A DNA stretch of 64,000 bases from a virus. Below the pieces are notes generated by a model that had not been told where the DNA came from, searched no databases, and worked only from the letters and a program-made list of their open reading frames with translations. The position numbers and the translations under genes were made by a program. The stretch lies in IMG/VR virus record IMGVR_UViG_3300014838_000014, positions 32,001 through 96,000 of that record; one strand, 5' to 3'. Below are positions 37,872 to 47,960 of this stretch, piece after piece; position 1 is the stretch's first letter; every line of letters begins with the position of its first letter.

Positions 37872-38426
37872 ATGAGCACAACAATGAAAACAGTTCCACT
37901 GACAAGCAAGCTGCTTCGTAAGATGATCATACAGGAAATTCGTAAGGCAGGCGTTGCAACCGAAGCCTACGAGCCTGGCGATGAAATTTCATCGTACAGA
38001 GCATGGCGAAACGACAAACCCAAGAAAACAGCGACAACGTCTTCGTCGTCAACCGGCGAAGACAAGCGAACGAAGGCAAAGGGTATCGTCTCCGGAAATG
38101 ATATTCAGATCGTTGGTCTTGATGAGGACGATCTGGTGGTTGATGAATCCGACGATCAGGACGACATGGATGAGGCTTCGAAGCGTACAGGTGGTTTGCT
38201 CAACGAAGGCGTCGCGGTCGTCATGCAGGACACTCGTGGGCCGTATGTGATCGCTGACGGCGTCGAGGCGAGACCGTTGAATCCGAATAGAACGCAATAC
38301 ACCGTTGGACGTAAAGTTCGAGTCAACAACTACGGTCGCAAGGGCGAATTCATCGTCGAAATGCCGAACGGGGAGAGATGGAGCAACGCCGTCAAATCGA
38401 CAAAGCGTTCCACGAAGAAACGGTGA
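37872..38426 (+). CDS. Hypothetical protein with leader motif
   Basis: LTSKLLRKMIIQE; ATACTTA at 37865-37871. Confidence 0.65.
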   Translation: MSTTMKTVPLTSKLLRKMIIQEIRKAGVATEAYEPGDEISSYRAWRNDKPKKTATTSSSSTGEDKRTKAKGIVSGNDIQIVGLDEDDLVVDESDDQDDMDEASKRTGGLLNEGVAVVMQDTRGPYVIADGVEARPLNPNRTQYTVGRKVRVNNYGRKGEFIVEMPNGERWSNAVKSTKRSTKKR

Positions 38427-38430
38427 ACAG

Positions 38431-39207
38431 ATGATCGCTAACGCAACGTTTGTGCCGAACACGCAGGTCGTTGCGGCCGTTCAATTCAATCCTAAGTTGT
38501 TGCAACCTCGTGAAAACATTGAGGTTGCAAAGCAACTAACGTACGAAGCCGCGGCTAAAGGTGCGAAATTGATCGTGCTACCAGAGGTGTGCATCGGTGG
38601 TTACGTTCTTAGATCGCTTCACGAAGCGTTCTTGGTGTGTCAACAGAAGGATGGTTGGCAATCGCAGGAGTTCGTTCCCATTGCTCGAGAGTTCAATGCG
38701 CACATCGTGTTTGGATACACTGAAATAAGCGAAGGAAAGTTCTACAATTCTGCCGCGATGATCGGTCCAAATGGGCTTGTCAACAACTGGCAAAAACACA
38801 ACCTTTTTGGAAGCGATAACGTCATCTATCAACCAAGCGAACAGGTTCCGCCCATTGCAATAACGTCCGCTGGTCGAGTTGGAGTGTTGATCTGTAGAGA
38901 CATTGGAAATCGTTTTCGTGAAAGCTACGTATTTCACAATCCACAACAAAGATTCTATAAAAAGGGACAATGCGACGTAATATGCTGTCCCACTGCCTGG
39001 GGTAGCGCTTTTGGTTTTCCTGACAGCTCGTGGGTGGAGCTTGTTGAGGAAACGCGTTCTAACGTGATCGTTTCAAACCGAGTCGGTAAAGAAAGAGACA
39101 TGAAATATAAGGGTGGATCGGCCATCATTGATCGTGATCGCCGCATTTGGACCAATGGTTCTAGCTTCACTGAAGCATGCGTTGTTGGTGGAATAGTGGT
39201 GATTTGA
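38431..39207 (+). CDS. Carbon-nitrogen hydrolase (nitrilase family)
   Basis: LPE, FYNSA, QKHNL, LICRD (E-K-C triad), SNRVG. Confidence 0.9.
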   Translation: MIANATFVPNTQVVAAVQFNPKLLQPRENIEVAKQLTYEAAAKGAKLIVLPEVCIGGYVLRSLHEAFLVCQQKDGWQSQEFVPIAREFNAHIVFGYTEISEGKFYNSAAMIGPNGLVNNWQKHNLFGSDNVIYQPSEQVPPIAITSAGRVGVLICRDIGNRFRESYVFHNPQQRFYKKGQCDVICCPTAWGSAFGFPDSSWVELVEETRSNVIVSNRVGKERDMKYKGGSAIIDRDRRIWTNGSSFTEACVVGGIVVI

Positions 39208-39620
39208 TGGCGAACGGAAGATTGTACAAGCTTCACGAGGATTTCATTGAACGTTCGCAGAGGAATATGGAGTTCGGAAAGCTACCCATAGATTCATTGT
39301 CTCCCGAACTTCCCATCGTTCCAATGGAGCGATGGCGCGAGCACGAAGGCGCTTTACACAAGGTTTACATGTTTCGTGAGCAAGAACACCGTAACCTATT
39401 CGTCAATTCTCTGCTTGAATATGAACTTCGCACGCATCACGTTGCAACGTTGATTGTGAAATATAATGAAGTCAATGTTTCTACGCAAACGCAGAACATC
39501 GAACGTGTCACTGATATCGATAAAGAATACGCTGCGTACTGTGACGTTCTTTACAAGGACATCGTTCGTCGTCCACGCATCGTTGGTTCATCATCTGATG
39601 AAACATCGTTCAACTCGTGA
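39207..39620 (+). CDS. Pterin-4-alpha-carbinolamine dehydratase-like protein
   Basis: W...L.K.Y.F...FVN...E...HH..L...Y..V...T....VT..D...A. Confidence 0.65.
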   Translation: MANGRLYKLHEDFIERSQRNMEFGKLPIDSLSPELPIVPMERWREHEGALHKVYMFREQEHRNLFVNSLLEYELRTHHVATLIVKYNEVNVSTQTQNIERVTDIDKEYAAYCDVLYKDIVRRPRIVGSSSDETSFNS

Positions 39621-39623
39621 CGT

Positions 39624-40052
39624 ATGATTCAACGTATGATCGTCAAACCAAAGAACACAGTTCCGAACGTTCTCATCAGTTCATCGTTGAAGGATCAATT
39701 GAGCGACGAAATTACCAACGAGGCGTTCGATCAATCTAACGTGTATAATAATTCAATCACCGTTGTTTTGAATTTAAGTTTTGGTTCAACACCAAACGTT
39801 ATGGTTGGAATGTTGAGGTCTGTTTTATTCGATTTTGAACCTGAAATAGACGTACGAATGCAAGCTGCTGATGCGTTTGGAATCGTTTCTGCAAACAACG
39901 TTAGCGTTCTTGGAATTGAAATTCACCGTGGGGAAAACGTCGTTACATTGGGACAGGGACCGTTTGTGATTAAGTGTGCACGCATAGATGAAATTTCGAT
40001 CGCCGACGGTCTATGCACCTTGTCACTTGGGTTAAAGCGACACCCGAGGTAA
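39624..40052 (+). CDS. Hypothetical protein
   Basis: ORF in operon. Confidence 0.55.
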   Translation: MIQRMIVKPKNTVPNVLISSSLKDQLSDEITNEAFDQSNVYNNSITVVLNLSFGSTPNVMVGMLRSVLFDFEPEIDVRMQAADAFGIVSANNVSVLGIEIHRGENVVTLGQGPFVIKCARIDEISIADGLCTLSLGLKRHPR

Positions 40053-40075
40053 CGTGTTACATAGTTACTAGCATC

Positions 40076-40714
40076 ATGCGCAAACACGTTAAAGAAGCAG
40101 TGTCTCCGAGGATCGATGATGAATCGCCAAAAGAGATGATGGAAGAGATGAGCTTTAGCTGTGATACCTGTCACGGTACAGGCATTGAGGAGGTGTGGGA
40201 CGATGTCGGTGATGAGTACATCGATCGCAACTGCTCAGTGTGTGCTGGCAGCGGGCAAGTCGTGGGAAACGATGAAGAAACGTGCGATGGTTGTGGTTCA
40301 AGGTTGAATGAGCCTCACTATTCAGGGTGCGATTTTGCCGGTGTCACCGAAGCAGTTGAAGTGATCGACGTCATGGTTCCAGTAGCAGACAACGTTGATG
40401 ATGTTGTTGCTTGTGCCGATGGACTGCCTGAGGATGAAACAACGTACGACGATGTTTGTCCGTGCTGCGGCGAATGGTGGAACGGCGTGCGTTGCGATGC
40501 ATGCGATAAAGCTGAATTTGAATCATGCGCTGATCTTGAAGCACCCATTCACGTTGAGTGCAATGATTTTGATAAATTCATGGACAGAACGCTGATTGAT
40601 GAAGGCAGAAAGGTTATGGTCTCTTGCGAGGAGAACAATCCTCAACGTCGACTCGCAGCGCGGTATCAGGATCGACCGTTGAACAAGATTCGCATTGGAA
40701 AGAGGGTGCTGTGA
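40076..40714 (+). CDS. Acidic Cys-rich protein with CxxCxGxG zinc-finger motifs
   Basis: CDTCHGTG, CSVCAGSG; ATAGTTA 8 nt upstream. Confidence 0.65.
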   Translation: MRKHVKEAVSPRIDDESPKEMMEEMSFSCDTCHGTGIEEVWDDVGDEYIDRNCSVCAGSGQVVGNDEETCDGCGSRLNEPHYSGCDFAGVTEAVEVIDVMVPVADNVDDVVACADGLPEDETTYDDVCPCCGEWWNGVRCDACDKAEFESCADLEAPIHVECNDFDKFMDRTLIDEGRKVMVSCEENNPQRRLAARYQDRPLNKIRIGKRVL

Positions 40715-41400
40715 TGGTCGACGACGTTGCAAAGATTGGCGACGGTAGAACGTTGCGAGCATTCATTGATCACGTTGTCATAGAAGGTCACAAGAGTGCG
40801 TTGGCTCGCAAAGCGTTGACAGAAAAAGAGAAACAAACGAAGACAGCGAACGCTGTCAACGGAAGTTCTTCTGGCGACGATGACGGCGACGATGGCGTAG
40901 ATGATCTGTTCGGTTCGTCGAATGATGATTCTGGGGATGATGAAAGCAACAAAGATGATGAAAATAAATCATCGAAGACGATGGACGATGAGCAGGAGAA
41001 GCTCAAAAACGGCAACGTTGAACCTAAAGACATCATTGAAAAGTTGAATTCAATAAGAAGCGGTAAATCGTTCAAAGATAGCGCAATTTCGAAGTCCATG
41101 GATGATTGGGTTGGCAGCCTTTCGAGGTCAGAAAAGGTCGCGCTTCTTGCGTTTCTCAAGGGAATAGCATCGATCGTCACGGGTGAGGTGCCAGGCGATA
41201 AGGCCGATGAACCAAGCAAACACCCGTCAGACATTAAAATGGACAAGACGAACGTGCCACACACGGCCCACAAGAAGCCCAACGTGATCACCGGTCCGGA
41301 GACAAGGAATCATTCAGGTCCTCACAAGAAGTCACACCACGGCGACGAGGAGGACACGAGCGGTCCGATTCAAGCACCCATCACGGCGAAGAAACGCTGA
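40714..41400 (+). CDS. Hypothetical protein
   Basis: Acidic linker; IIEKLNSIRSGKSFKD. Confidence 0.65.
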   Translation: MVDDVAKIGDGRTLRAFIDHVVIEGHKSALARKALTEKEKQTKTANAVNGSSSGDDDGDDGVDDLFGSSNDDSGDDESNKDDENKSSKTMDDEQEKLKNGNVEPKDIIEKLNSIRSGKSFKDSAISKSMDDWVGSLSRSEKVALLAFLKGIASIVTGEVPGDKADEPSKHPSDIKMDKTNVPHTAHKKPNVITGPETRNHSGPHKKSHHGDEEDTSGPIQAPITAKKR

Positions 41401-41442
41401 TCACCGATTGTACACGTTCTATGAACGGTTTACGTTTACACC

Positions 41443-41733
41443 ATGAGCAGCGATCAGTTCGTTGAGACACGCTTCATTCCTCTTCCACAGGGTGGTGATC
41501 TTGAGGTGCAGATGTCGCAGCAGTTCATCGATCGTGTTAAGCAACACTACGGATTAAAAGCTGATCAAACGCTTGATGATGATCACGTTCGGATGTACGT
41601 ATGGGGAGCGGCGACGAACGCTGTTGACAAGGCTGAACGCAATGCAGGAGAACAAAGAAACGTTGTTGCTGGTGAAGGAACTGATGCAGCTCCTGGTGAA
41701 AGAGGAACTCAACGAAGCAAAAAGGGTTCGTGA
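41443..41733 (+). CDS. Hypothetical protein
   Basis: Starts 6 nt after a TTGTAC-N17-TACGTT promoter-like motif. Confidence 0.55.
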   Translation: MSSDQFVETRFIPLPQGGDLEVQMSQQFIDRVKQHYGLKADQTLDDDHVRMYVWGAATNAVDKAERNAGEQRNVVAGEGTDAAPGERGTQRSKKGS

Positions 41734-41938
41734 GGCTGACATCAGCGACGGCTCGCGCGTTCCACGTGGATCTAGCAAACACGTTCGTGACCTTGAATCG
41801 AGGATCGAATCCTTGGTGATGTGGCGTGATAGGTGCAAGCGAGGATCAGAGCAACGAGCGAATTATAGTAGGCTCGTTTCGCGGTTGAAGGCTGAATTAG
41901 CATCAGCTAAACACGTTGCTGAAAAGAAACGTTCGTAA
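41642..41938 (+). CDS. Hypothetical protein with leader-like motif
   Basis: LVKELMQLLVKEELNE. Confidence 0.55.
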   Translation: MQENKETLLLVKELMQLLVKEELNEAKRVREADISDGSRVPRGSSKHVRDLESRIESLVMWRDRCKRGSEQRANYSRLVSRLKAELASAKHVAEKKRS

Positions 41939-41963
41939 ACAATTAAACGATTGGAGAATTACG

Positions 41964-43217
41964 ATGTCCGGTGCGGCTGGTCACATAAAGCACCTGCACG
42001 AGGACCTGACGCTTACGTTTGGTGATATTAAGAAAATTCTCACCGATTTAGCGAATGGTCAAAACGACAGCGTTGTTGAGAAGGTCGATGGTATTAACCT
42101 CGTCTTTACGTACGATCGAACGGGTTTGCACGTTGCTCGTTCGAGTGGCAATATTGAAAGGGGTGGAATGAACGCGTTGCAGTTGGCCGAGAAGTTCTAC
42201 GGGCGGCACGGGCTTGAGGACGTTTTCAACGAAGCGTTCAACGTGTTGAACGCCGCGATCGAATCGCTTTCAAACGTTGATCGATCAATAATCTTCGAGG
42301 ATGGTGAATTGTGGTACTCAATCGAAATCATCACCACGTTTAATCCAAACGTTATTAACTACGATCAGAACGCGATCGTGTTTCATGAATCGCCCGTGTT
42401 CGACATGCCAGCCGCTGGTTGCGCCGCTCAACACGTTAGCCACCGCGTTGGTTTCAACGCTGTGCAACAGGTTGGTTATCGCATTGGTTTCAACGAATTG
42501 ATCAAAAACGTTGCCGTAATGCAACGTGGTGTAGACCGTGGAACGATCAACGATCATCATTGGAAACTGTTCGGTCCAACAAGGTTCAGAACGAACGTTG
42601 ATAAATCAGTTCTCAAACTCACGGTTCGGTGGATTGATGAGTTGCGGGTCGACGCGGAGTGTGAAGATCACAGCACGTTGTTTGATTACCTTCGATCGAT
42701 GTTCACTGCTTGCATTGCTCATCACGCGATCAGTCAGTGTCGGCCATATGTTCTCAATGCGATCATTGACAGGTGTTGTAAGGTTCCGAACGCTCCAACA
42801 GTCAATGAAATCAAGCGAATGATCAAAAGCAGCAAAGTCAAGATAGACGTACAATCGTTCGTTAGAGACAGCGAAATGTTGCGCATAAAGTACATGGAGC
42901 CATTTGTTGCAGCGTTTCAGAGCTTTGGCGCATCGTTGTTGAATAATACTCGATCGCGGTTCGTTGCAGATCACGTTGCCGCGATCAATCTCATACGTTC
43001 GAACGTTAAAAGAACGCTTAAAGAGATCGATGTCCATCCCGACGGCGATGTTGCTAGCGTTGCAACGGTTCAAATGCGTAGGTTGAAAAACGTTGACAAC
43101 ATTAAAACTGACGTTGAAGGCATCGTGTTTACGTACAACAACGATAGAACGTATAAACTAACGGGAACGTTCGCACCCGTCAACAGAATCCTAGGACTGT
43201 TGAGGTACGGAAGGTGA
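41964..43217 (+). CDS. Large-phage protein with ligase-like KxDG motif
   Basis: GAAGHIKHL.ED, EKVDG.NL, EGIVF...YKLTG.FAP.NRILG. Confidence 0.65.
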   Translation: MSGAAGHIKHLHEDLTLTFGDIKKILTDLANGQNDSVVEKVDGINLVFTYDRTGLHVARSSGNIERGGMNALQLAEKFYGRHGLEDVFNEAFNVLNAAIESLSNVDRSIIFEDGELWYSIEIITTFNPNVINYDQNAIVFHESPVFDMPAAGCAAQHVSHRVGFNAVQQVGYRIGFNELIKNVAVMQRGVDRGTINDHHWKLFGPTRFRTNVDKSVLKLTVRWIDELRVDAECEDHSTLFDYLRSMFTACIAHHAISQCRPYVLNAIIDRCCKVPNAPTVNEIKRMIKSSKVKIDVQSFVRDSEMLRIKYMEPFVAAFQSFGASLLNNTRSRFVADHVAAINLIRSNVKRTLKEIDVHPDGDVASVATVQMRRLKNVDNIKTDVEGIVFTYNNDRTYKLTGTFAPVNRILGLLRYGR

Positions 43218-44236
43218 AAAGCATTGATTTTCGCGTGGAACGCATCGTTGGTATGGCTTTAGATGATCGATTGTTTGACATTGAACTAAAACGCATCAAA
43301 GCATACGATACGCTTGTTGAAAACCAAACAAAACTATGTGCGTGTCTCGAAAAGTCGAAGCGCAAGAACGTATTGACAGAAACAAAGATCATCACCGTGC
43401 TCAGGAAAAGGATTGAACGGTGCATCGATAGGTTGGGCGGTCCCGTTGATCAATCGAAAAGATTCGGCCACAAGAAAAAATCGATCGTGGAATACCCACC
43501 TGGTGAAAAGCTGGAGTTTGTTTGTCACGTGTGGCAACCATTGACAATCAGCAACGTTGAACTTCACAGAGGCATAGGTCCAGGTGAACTTGATTGGTGC
43601 ATGAGCGTCGGTGGGTTGAAGGCGAAGGGCGGTTTGTTTGACGTAGCGTTACCGGGCGGTGAAAGCGTTGAGGTGAAGTTCATCGCTTCCTCGATTCGAG
43701 GTGGTCAATCAGCTCGTTATCAAGCAACGTTGCTAAGACGTGCAATCGAGAGATTGATAGGTGATGCATATGAACTGCACAGGGTTACGAAGGATGTTCT
43801 ACAAGGCGATGATCTCGAATCGTTGAACAACGCAGTGACTCGTTTGAATGACGTTGATATGGGATTGTTTTATGAGAACCTAAGCGATTATGGCATCAAC
43901 GAGGTGTATTCTGCGCTTGAGTTGCTGTGGTACATCGATTGGGACGTTCTTCCTAATCAACCGATCGACGTACCATTCCTCAGGAAAGATCCACACGAAT
44001 GGCTTAAGTGGGTTGTTGACGTGATGGATGGGTCGAAGTGTTTTAAGACTGATTACATCGTTTTGATAAGGTGCAACAACGACGGGAATGAATCCCTCAT
44101 AGTTCCACGACGTGACTACTCGAGGTGCTTATCATTCGTTTCCGTGTCAAAGGGTGACGCACGTTTCAAATATAACTACGAACAGTCACTTAATGCTGCT
44201 TCTGAGGATGTTCCAAACGATCTCGCCACCGATTGA
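43214..44236 (+). CDS. Hypothetical protein (possible PD-(D/E)XK nuclease)
   Basis: GIGPGE...FDV.....VEVK. Confidence 0.45.
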   Translation: MKSIDFRVERIVGMALDDRLFDIELKRIKAYDTLVENQTKLCACLEKSKRKNVLTETKIITVLRKRIERCIDRLGGPVDQSKRFGHKKKSIVEYPPGEKLEFVCHVWQPLTISNVELHRGIGPGELDWCMSVGGLKAKGGLFDVALPGGESVEVKFIASSIRGGQSARYQATLLRRAIERLIGDAYELHRVTKDVLQGDDLESLNNAVTRLNDVDMGLFYENLSDYGINEVYSALELLWYIDWDVLPNQPIDVPFLRKDPHEWLKWVVDVMDGSKCFKTDYIVLIRCNNDGNESLIVPRRDYSRCLSFVSVSKGDARFKYNYEQSLNAASEDVPNDLATD

Positions 44237-44710
44237 TTCGGGTATTCGTTCAACGAACGATGCCTTGTCACCGTTCGTTAGGTACTTCCTCATTTCAGAC
44301 CCAGATACGTCAATTGTTTCAGACCTATCGATCGCCTTTAGGTAAAGCTGACCGTTGCTAACGAGCCCTACGGCGTACTTTCCAATGGACGCAAAGTTAT
44401 TCTTTAGATCGATGGGATCTGAATAAATTGTGAACGTGTCCGTTGACATTCGTTCGTTCGCTTCTCCCAATTCTTTGATTACGTTGCCGACAGGCGATCC
44501 ACCGTACGTCACGGTGACGTTACCGGGGAGCGTTGGTTCTATCAACGTCTTCCACACGATGTACATTGCTTTTCCGCTAACGTTACCACGATCGTTCGTG
44601 GAAGCGTATACGTGAACGGTATCATTTTCATCAGCGGCAATTCTGATGAGTGAATCGTGACCAATGTGGTATGGCTTGAAGGCTCCCGGGACAAGGGCTA
44701 CTGCATTCAT
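44186..44710 (-). CDS. Cytidylyltransferase-like (HIGH) nucleotidyltransferase
   Basis: PGAFKPYHIGH, VSGSEMR. Confidence 0.8.
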   Translation of the reverse strand: MNAVALVPGAFKPYHIGHDSLIRIAADENDTVHVYASTNDRGNVSGKAMYIVWKTLIEPTLPGNVTVTYGGSPVGNVIKELGEANERMSTDTFTIYSDPIDLKNNFASIGKYAVGLVSNGQLYLKAIDRSETIDVSGSEMRKYLTNGDKASFVERIPESIGGEIVWNILRSSIK

Positions 44711-44753
44711 GTTGCTGGTGTCAAACCTCGTCTGTCTGGTGTACAATGTAACT

Positions 44754-45218
44754 ATGATAGACAGTAATCACGCGGAACGCAAAAAGACACTCTCCTGTGG
44801 TGGACTTCCATGGCGTTTGGCAGACGATGGCATCGAGGTGCTTCTAATAAAGCAGTTCGCCAACAGGGATTCGTGGGGCATTCCAAAGGGTCACATACAC
44901 TCAAGCGAATCAGCTGAGGAATGTGCCGTACGTGAAATAAAGGAAGAGACGGGCATCGATGTTCAACTAGGACAGTGTCTTCCAGACGTATACTTTTCAT
45001 GGCCAAGCGAAGACAAAACGGTCAAATCATGGTTGGCAACGCCCGTAGGAAGCCATGAAACAACGATGAACACGCCTGGAAACGAGGTTGCTGACGCTCG
45101 GTGGTTCAATATAAAAGAACTGCCGACGATTCATCTTTACCAGAGAACGTTGATCACAAAAGGAATCGAACTCATCATTTCTAACTGCGAACGATCGTCG
45201 TTTAACTACGAGGAATGA
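44754..45218 (+). CDS. NUDIX hydrolase
   Basis: WGIPKG...E....CAVREIKEETG. Confidence 0.9.
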   Translation: MIDSNHAERKKTLSCGGLPWRLADDGIEVLLIKQFANRDSWGIPKGHIHSSESAEECAVREIKEETGIDVQLGQCLPDVYFSWPSEDKTVKSWLATPVGSHETTMNTPGNEVADARWFNIKELPTIHLYQRTLITKGIELIISNCERSSFNYEE

Positions 45219-45254
45219 CGTGAAGTGAGTGGACGTCGCCGCCTATTTACAACG

Positions 45255-46400
45255 ATGTCTGCTAAAGGTTTGTTATGCGAGTACGTGCGTGAAATCCTCC
45301 TCATTGAGGATGATGGTGGAGGTTTCGGTGGCGGCGACACGGGTGGTGTTTGGGGTGATTTAGCGATGTATGACGCCACGATGTCACCGTGGGGCGTTTC
45401 GTTCGGCGATGACGCGATCAGCGATGCATTCATCAAACCATTCACAGACGTGTTTGGTGTCGCGGCAGGAAAAACGAAGAAGCTATCAGCGAAGACACAA
45501 ACGCTTGCGAAGGTTGCGTATGAAACGATCGCAACAACGATTATTCCAACGTTGAAGGATTCATATGAGGAGATTTTCTCCGCTGAGGATGAAAAGATCA
45601 AGAAAATTCAGGAGGAATACCATGATGTGTTCCAACGTACGTGGACAGCATTTCTTGATCACGACGCTCTTTTAGCGGCGTTTCTTTATTCACCCGTAAC
45701 GTTCTTGACAGCAACGATGACGAAGAAGTCGCCGAACGTCGTGATGAACATGCTCAGCGTTCTCACCGGCGGATCGTTGGACGAGTGGCTGGAAAAGATC
45801 AAGGAAAGATACGACATCACCGGTGAGGATCAACCGACCGAGAAACCTCGATATTCGAAAACGCAGAAAGGTTCTCCCGGCATGGGAATGTACGGGATGG
45901 GTGGTTACGGTGCCTACGGTGGAATGGGCGACAACGGAATGGGTTACTCTGAGGGCGTCATTCGCGAACGTGGCGAGAAGAAAAAGCCGCAAAACAAGAA
46001 ACCTCTCGAACAGGTTCTCCTCAACAAGGACGTGCTTGCGAAGGTCGCGAACAGCGATGTCACCAAGAAGCTCGAGCGCGAGGGCCGTGAGTTGGTTCGC
46101 GGGACGTTAGAAACCATCTACAAACACGCTCAAACCGTACTCAAGGCCAATAACCTTCAGGCACTGCAACAAGCGATCGGTGGGTCATTGAAGGGCACAG
46201 ATAAGCTATCGCAGGTTCCAAAGGAAGAACGTGCGGCCGCTGAACAAACCTTGATGTCAGCAATGAAGAAGAGCATGCACGCGTTCTATGTCAAGTCACT
46301 CGAGGTTCACGTGAAGAAGGCGGTTGCTGACGGCGTTCCTGAGGATTCGGCGTACGTGCACGACTTTCAACACGTGATCTCTAAGATCAAATCGTTGTGA
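45255..46400 (+). CDS. Hypothetical protein with leader motif (virion-associated candidate)
   Basis: LLCEYVREILLIE; CTATTTA 5 nt upstream. Confidence 0.7.
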   Translation: MSAKGLLCEYVREILLIEDDGGGFGGGDTGGVWGDLAMYDATMSPWGVSFGDDAISDAFIKPFTDVFGVAAGKTKKLSAKTQTLAKVAYETIATTIIPTLKDSYEEIFSAEDEKIKKIQEEYHDVFQRTWTAFLDHDALLAAFLYSPVTFLTATMTKKSPNVVMNMLSVLTGGSLDEWLEKIKERYDITGEDQPTEKPRYSKTQKGSPGMGMYGMGGYGAYGGMGDNGMGYSEGVIRERGEKKKPQNKKPLEQVLLNKDVLAKVANSDVTKKLEREGRELVRGTLETIYKHAQTVLKANNLQALQQAIGGSLKGTDKLSQVPKEERAAAEQTLMSAMKKSMHAFYVKSLEVHVKKAVADGVPEDSAYVHDFQHVISKIKSL

Positions 46401-46436
46401 TTGAACACGGCCATCGAACGTTGTAAGGTTTCAATC

Positions 46437-46718
46437 ATGGCAAAGAAGAATTCACCCGAAGTTTCCGTGGCTGACATGCAACCAGACGAGGTCAATGCGC
46501 TTCGAACGATCGTCAAGGAGTTCATCGGAAAGATCGAGAACATCGACAACGAGATTGAAACCCTCAAGGACGATCGAAAGAACGTGATCGAGGAGTACTC
46601 TGATCGCATCGATGTGAAAACGTTGAACCTTGCGCTCAAGGTGATCAAGATCCAGGCTAGCGTTCAGCACCGCGATAGTTACGATCTGTTCGTTGAAACT
46701 CTGACAAATCCATACTGA
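46437..46718 (+). CDS. GapR/DUF2312-like (T4 DsbA-like) DNA-binding protein
   Basis: FIGKIENIDNEIETLKDDRKNVIEEY...DVKTL. Confidence 0.6.
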   Translation: MAKKNSPEVSVADMQPDEVNALRTIVKEFIGKIENIDNEIETLKDDRKNVIEEYSDRIDVKTLNLALKVIKIQASVQHRDSYDLFVETLTNPY

Positions 46719-46735
46719 GTGATGTAAAATACGAC

Positions 46736-47281
46736 GTGATGACAAGCAATAACCAGTACAAAATAGGCCAGGTTGTGTACATCGTCCTTCGTAAAGAAGC
46801 ACGAGTTTATCCAATGCAGTGCGTTGAGATCATAACAAAGTCGACCATCGACGGCGAAGTCATCACGTACATGGTCAAGGGCGGTACGGGGATGGAAAAG
46901 GCCGTTTCGATCGATGAAATAGACGGCGAGGTGTACGAAACGGCCGATGACGTGAAGAAGACATTGATCAAGCGAGCAACGGAAGGAATCTCTCAACGCG
47001 TTGATAACGCCGTTGCAAAGGCCAAGGAATGGTATCCAAAGGGTCGCGAACGCTCGAACGATGATGGCGATGAAGCATCGTTGATCAAGAAGCGACATGA
47101 TCAGCAACCGCCTTCTTCAAAGAAACAGAAGACAGTGAAGCAACACAGGATCGTGAGTCCAGAGGTTGCTCAGCTGGCAAACGAGTTACAGCTCGATAAC
47201 GATAAGTTAGAAGTTCAATTGGCTGACGGTAAAACCGCGATTGTGCGAAGCATAAGTCTTCCGGAAGCGTTACAAGGTTAG
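46736..47281 (+). CDS. Hypothetical protein
   Basis: YKIGQVVY SH3-like N-terminus. Confidence 0.6.
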   Translation: MMTSNNQYKIGQVVYIVLRKEARVYPMQCVEIITKSTIDGEVITYMVKGGTGMEKAVSIDEIDGEVYETADDVKKTLIKRATEGISQRVDNAVAKAKEWYPKGRERSNDDGDEASLIKKRHDQQPPSSKKQKTVKQHRIVSPEVAQLANELQLDNDKLEVQLADGKTAIVRSISLPEALQG

Positions 47282-47299
47282 CGAATACGTACAGCTACG

Positions 47300-47557
47300 A
47301 TGAAGATCACCCTTGGTAGGCTACGCAACATCTTCGCTGAAGCGAGGGTTACTGCTTCAATTGAGTACATGCGCAAGGAACGCATACGCGAACACGTGCA
47401 ATCATTGATCATTGAGACGGTGAAATCGGGTGAAATCAATGATCAGAACGGCATAGATGATTTTTGTAAATCAGCAAAGATGGCCTTGAGCGCGCTCGAA
47501 ATGGTACCATTTGAAGTATGGTTGAAGTTATCAGACAAGAAAATGCCCAAGAAATAG
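47300..47557 (+). CDS. Hypothetical protein with leader motif
   Basis: MKITLGRLRNIFAE; ATACGTA 8 nt upstream. Confidence 0.7.
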   Translation: MKITLGRLRNIFAEARVTASIEYMRKERIREHVQSLIIETVKSGEINDQNGIDDFCKSAKMALSALEMVPFEVWLKLSDKKMPKK

Positions 47558-47960
47558 CAAAGTGTAAGCTAACATCGCTACGTTATAGAGTGGCGATATG
47601 GAAGAATCCAACACGTTCACCGCCACTTGACCCGTTGCAGACGTAGCGACATTGCTTTTGTTATCTCTTCCGACGTTGTTGATAACTTCAATCATTTTTC
47701 AATGTTTTCATCAGATAAGGTGACGTACTGCTACGCTGACGTTGATCATAACAACAATAACAATGCTGTTGTGTATAAGCTTTATGGTCATCGTGATTGG
47801 AAATCAAACATCGTTATATCGCTTAATCAACGTTGTCAGACGCGCTTGCTACGGCACATGTGTATGGCTACGAATTGAAGTAAGGAAAACGTTTGAGAAT
47901 TTGCGTCAAAAGAGATGAACAAACGCTTTAAACATCGAATACAACGAGGGACATAGAACA

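Noticed and set aside
47558-47960. Intergenic-like gaps (also 22231-22429 and 59495-59632) as tRNA/ncRNA loci
   Set aside because: No cloverleaf, T-loop or strong structure recognised by eye; a covariance-model scan would be needed.
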